The position numbers and the translations under genes are program-made. Shown piece by piece: positions 26,656 to 29,888 of a stretch of DNA of 29,888 nucleotides (the first letter of the stretch is position 1; the number at the start of each line of letters is the position of its first letter). The DNA is from Deltaproteobacteria bacterium (GTDB lineage: Bacteria > Desulfobacterota > Binatia > UBA12015): contig JAYGCM010000015.1 of NCBI GenBank assembly GCA_046583355.1, positions 1-29,888 on the forward strand. The letters run 5' to 3'. The notes below the pieces were generated by a model, which did not search any database, had not been told where the DNA came from, and was given only the letters and a program-made list of their open reading frames with translations.

Positions 26656-27261
26656 ATGTTCCTCGACCTTCTCACGATCGCCTTTGCCTCCTACCTGATC
26701 GGTTCGGTGCCCACCGGCGTGTTGCTCGGCCGCCTGATCGGAGTGGATATACAGGCCGAAGGAAGCGGCAATATCGGCGCGACCAACGTCGCCCGCACAG
26801 CCGGACGCCGACTCGGCGCGCTCACCCTGCTGCTCGATGCCACCAAGGGCGCCGTGCCAGTGCTTCTGGCCGCCGCACTCGACCCAGCCAGTCCCACCGA
26901 GATGTCGCTACTCGCCGATGCGCCGCCGCTGGCCGCGCTTTTCGCCGTGATCGGCCATATCTACCCGGCAACGCTCGGCTTCCGCGGTGGCAAAGGCGTC
27001 GCGACTGCTCTGGGAGCCATGTTGGTCCTCGCGCCCAGCGCGCTGCTCCTGCCGCTCTCGCTCTTCGGCGTGCTGGTTGCCACCACCCGCTTCGTCTCGC
27101 TGGGATCGATTATCGCCGTCCTGACAGCCCCCATCGGGGCGCAACTCGCCGGCTACCCGCCAACCACCATTGCGGCTCTCGCGGTCATCGGCGCGCTGGT
27201 CATCCTGCGCCATAGCGATAATATCGCCCGGCTCCGCGCCGGCACAGAAAACCGTCTCTGA
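26656..27261 (+). CDS. plsY: Acyl-phosphate:glycerol-3-phosphate O-acyltransferase
   Basis: Motifs YLIGSVP.G, GSGNIGATN, D..KG, GH.YP...FRGGKGVAT and RH..NI.RL..G.E. Confidence 0.96.
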   Translation: MFLDLLTIAFASYLIGSVPTGVLLGRLIGVDIQAEGSGNIGATNVARTAGRRLGALTLLLDATKGAVPVLLAAALDPASPTEMSLLADAPPLAALFAVIGHIYPATLGFRGGKGVATALGAMLVLAPSALLLPLSLFGVLVATTRFVSLGSIIAVLTAPIGAQLAGYPPTTIAALAVIGALVILRHSDNIARLRAGTENRL

Positions 27262-27285
27262 CGAAGCCCTCGGGGGGCGCCGGGA

Positions 27286-29382
27286 TCAGGCCGGCTCGGC
27301 CAATCCCTTGAGGAGTGGCGAGGGCCTATCCGAGCTGATGACCCAGAGTTGATGAATCGCACGGGTGGCCGCGACATGCAGGGTGCGCCGCGCACGCGGC
27401 GTATCCGGATAGTCACGGGTGTTGACGTCGACCAGGATGACGTAATCGAATTCGAGACCCTTTACGGGTTCAAGCTCGGTGATCTCGATTCCCGGCGCGA
27501 AGGAGAAATCGTTGTCGCGCACGAGGCGCAGGCGGGCAATATCGCTACGCTCCAAGGCCGAGAAATACGACGCACTGACCCGCTCCGACGGCGTGATGAT
27601 CGCGACGGTTGCGTCGGGCTCGCTCTCGGTAAGCACCAACAACGCCTCGGCAAGAAAAAATATGCACGCACCCAGGTCGGCGAAGCGGAAATGTTCGACC
27701 GGGGGGCCCTGGCGGCTACTCGACGGAATCTCGTCGTCCTCCCGCAAATCGCCCAGTACATCAAAAGCGAATTTACTGATCGGCGCACTGGAGCGGTAGT
27801 TGATCTTGAGGGTCTCGACCTCCTGGCCGGCGACGCCGAGATGGCCGAGAAAATCCGCCCAGGAAGTAAAGCCGCTATTCTCCACGACATGCTGCTGGGT
27901 ATCCCCGGCAAGCGTGATGCTGCCGCGACGGTCCAGGCAACCGAGCAGAACCTGCACCTCAAGCGGCGAGAAATCCTGCACCTCATCCAGCACGATATGG
28001 CGCAGGAGCAACGGGCGCCCGCCCTTGCCGCGCAAGGGGCCGACCCGCAACTGCCAAGCGCGCAGCAGCACTGCGTCGTCTTCTGCGTCCATCTCCGCGC
28101 TGCTGTCTTCGCCGGCGAGGAAATCCTGCACGGCTCCGATATGGTCGCGGTTCCAGGCGACCATGCGGTCGAGTTCGTCGTCGGAAAAAGCCGCCGTGCC
28201 CAATTCGTCGCGGATCTCTCCCAACAAGGCGCGGTCCGTCAGCACATGGGCCCAATCATCAAGCGCCTGTTCCGCCGTGGCCGGAGCCGGATTCTGCTCG
28301 ATATGGCGAGCAAGCGCCATCCCCGTCAGCGGATGAAGCTTCGCGCGCGTGACAACGCCCGGCACATCCTCGCGTTCCTTTTGCGGCAGCCGGGGGAAAT
28401 GCCGCCGGCGCAGGCGTCGCTCCCACTCCCGGTAGGTACTCGGACGCACCTGGTGCAAGCCGAGCGAGGGCAGCACATGGCTCACGTACTTCCGCAGCGC
28501 CTCGGAGAACATGACCACCAGAGTATCGGGACCATCGATGCGCGGATCGTCGAAGGCGAGAAAGGCGACGCGATGCAAGGCCACTGTCGTCTTACCCGAA
28601 CCCGCCGTCCCCCGGACGATCAGAAATCCGGCCGAGGGACGCGTGATCAGGCCATATTGATCCGGGTCGATCAGCCCGGTGATCTCGGGCAGGTGGCGGT
28701 CGGCGGCATGCGCCGAACCGATACCGCCGACCCCCAGCCGGCCATCGCCCGAATTCAACGCATGGCCGCGCAGAGCGGCGGCGTCACCGCCTGCCAAGCG
28801 CGGCGGCGCCGACTCCCGATGAACCCATGCACCGGCCGTCTCGGGGTCGCCACAGAAGTCGCCCTCGGGTGCCTGGACGCGGCGCAGAACGCCATCGGCG
28901 ATGGCGACCATGCGGCGCGTGACAATATCGCCGGCGCGGTCCCGACCGGCGATTTCTTCGTCGTAGTCCTCGCCTTGGCGGTAGCCGTAGAAAAGCTTGG
29001 CGATCGGGGCATCGCGCCAGTCGACAATACTCAGCTCCCCCTCCACACAGCTGGTCCGGCCCAGGCAGATATCCCATTCGCGGCCCTCTTCGCGCAGGCG
29101 AAGATGACCGAAATAGGGAACGTCCGGGTTCACCTGGGCCACATCGCGGCTGCTCTCGAGTTGCGCGAGGATCGCCGATTGGTGGTGCCATTGCTCCAAC
29201 AAAGAGGCCCGATCCTTGTCTTCATCACCGGAGCGCAGCACCTCACGGATCCGCGTAAGCTCGGCGCGAATCCGCTTCTCCGTAGAGAGGCGGCGGTTGT
29301 CGCCGCCGGTCGCGCGCGCGGCGAGTTGGCTCCGGACCAGCGCAAGCAGTTCAAGTTCTTCCTGGACGATGGGGTGGGACAA
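27286..29382 (-). CDS. helD: HelD-like SF1 ATPase (RNA polymerase recycling motor family)
   Basis: TTG start with SD GGAGAGG 7 nt upstream. HelD-like N-terminal PYFG.L and DWRDAP(IAKLFY), Walker A G.AGSGKTTVALHR.A.L, DEVQD, AGD..Q, L..NYRS, KGLEFD.V and VA.TRA. Confidence 0.75.
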   Translation of the reverse strand: MSHPIVQEELELLALVRSQLAARATGGDNRRLSTEKRIRAELTRIREVLRSGDEDKDRASLLEQWHHQSAILAQLESSRDVAQVNPDVPYFGHLRLREEGREWDICLGRTSCVEGELSIVDWRDAPIAKLFYGYRQGEDYDEEIAGRDRAGDIVTRRMVAIADGVLRRVQAPEGDFCGDPETAGAWVHRESAPPRLAGGDAAALRGHALNSGDGRLGVGGIGSAHAADRHLPEITGLIDPDQYGLITRPSAGFLIVRGTAGSGKTTVALHRVAFLAFDDPRIDGPDTLVVMFSEALRKYVSHVLPSLGLHQVRPSTYREWERRLRRRHFPRLPQKEREDVPGVVTRAKLHPLTGMALARHIEQNPAPATAEQALDDWAHVLTDRALLGEIRDELGTAAFSDDELDRMVAWNRDHIGAVQDFLAGEDSSAEMDAEDDAVLLRAWQLRVGPLRGKGGRPLLLRHIVLDEVQDFSPLEVQVLLGCLDRRGSITLAGDTQQHVVENSGFTSWADFLGHLGVAGQEVETLKINYRSSAPISKFAFDVLGDLREDDEIPSSSRQGPPVEHFRFADLGACIFFLAEALLVLTESEPDATVAIITPSERVSASYFSALERSDIARLRLVRDNDFSFAPGIEITELEPVKGLEFDYVILVDVNTRDYPDTPRARRTLHVAATRAIHQLWVISSDRPSPLLKGLAEPA

Positions 29383-29451
29383 ATGCAGACCTCTCCGCTC
29401 GCAACGAGCGTGCTTCCTGATAACGTCTGCACTCAGTGGAGGGTACCCCCC

Positions 29452-29888
29452 GTGCTTGTGATACGACCTACGATTTTGAAACGAACCATTTACAGCGGCC
29501 TGCTGGCCGCATTGCTGCTGCCCAGTTTGGCATTTGCCCAGGAAGGAACCCTCGACTCAGGCGATACCGCCTGGATGTTGGTCTCTACCGCCTTCGTCAT
29601 CATGATGACCGCGCCAGGCTTGGCGCTCTTCTATGGCGGCCTGGTGCGGCGCGCGAATGTGCTCAGCATCCTCATGCAATGCATCACCTGCATGGCCGTA
29701 CTGACCCTGGTCTGGGTGCTGATCGGCTATACGCTGGCGTTCGGCCCTGATGTCGGTGGCTATGGGCTGATCGGCGGGCTCGACCATATCGGCCTGGCCG
29801 GCGTCGGGCTCATCCCGGGCGAAGGTGAGACCATCTCGCCACTGCTCTTCGCGGTCTTTCAGGGCACGTTTGCGGTCATCACGCCGGC
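29452..29888 (+). CDS. amtB: Ammonium transporter AmtB; 5' part only, runs off window edge
   Basis: Not in the ORF track; translated by hand. GTG at 29452 with GGAGGG SD 8 nt upstream (TTG at 29476 also possible). Signal peptide ...LLLPSLAFAQE, then DSGDTAWMLVSTAFVIMMT.PGLALFYGGLVR..NVLS, GYTLAFG and FQGTFAVITP. Confidence 0.95.
   Translation, partial: MLVIRPTILKRTIYSGLLAALLLPSLAFAQEGTLDSGDTAWMLVSTAFVIMMTAPGLALFYGGLVRRANVLSILMQCITCMAVLTLVWVLIGYTLAFGPDVGGYGLIGGLDHIGLAGVGLIPGEGETISPLLFAVFQGTFAVITP

Noticed and set aside
27286..29382. SF1 helicase as part of an anti-phage defence system
   Set aside because: It is a stand-alone gene among housekeeping genes with no nuclease or other defence partner, and its motifs fit HelD better.
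1..29888. CRISPR arrays, IS elements, prophage genes, frameshifted pseudogenes
   Set aside because: I saw no regularly spaced repeats, transposase or integrase motifs, or broken reading frames in the recognised genes.

Overview
High-GC (roughly two-thirds by eye) bacterial chromosomal segment. It is most consistent with a diderm deltaproteobacterial-type lineage (Myxococcota/Binatota-like); this is inferred from gene content, not verified. No mobile elements or CRISPR arrays are evident. Left to right: 5' part of a secreted M4/M36-type metalloprotease (absent from the ORF track, runs off the left edge); FkbM methyltransferase; nitroreductase; an SGNH-MBOAT-SGNH envelope O-acylation cassette with two paralogous SGNH genes; SIMPL protein; S-formylglutathione hydrolase; an atypical ProA-like dehydrogenase; a pilMNOPQ type IV pilus operon extended by two uncharacterised lipoprotein genes (one with Ig-like domains); a Cys-rich DUF3604/PHP-like protein; pdxJ; priA-def-fmt-rsmB; tRNA-Pro(CGG); a small membrane-anchored protein; plsY; a HelD-like RNA polymerase-recycling ATPase; and the 5' part of amtB (absent from the ORF track, runs off the right edge). 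Best candidates for an undescribed system: (1) the extended pilus operon, in which PilQ has a lipobox, PilP has no cysteine and two extra lipoproteins follow; (2) the duplicated-SGNH acylation cassette; (3) the HelD-like gene with a structured leader around its Shine-Dalgarno (SD) site.
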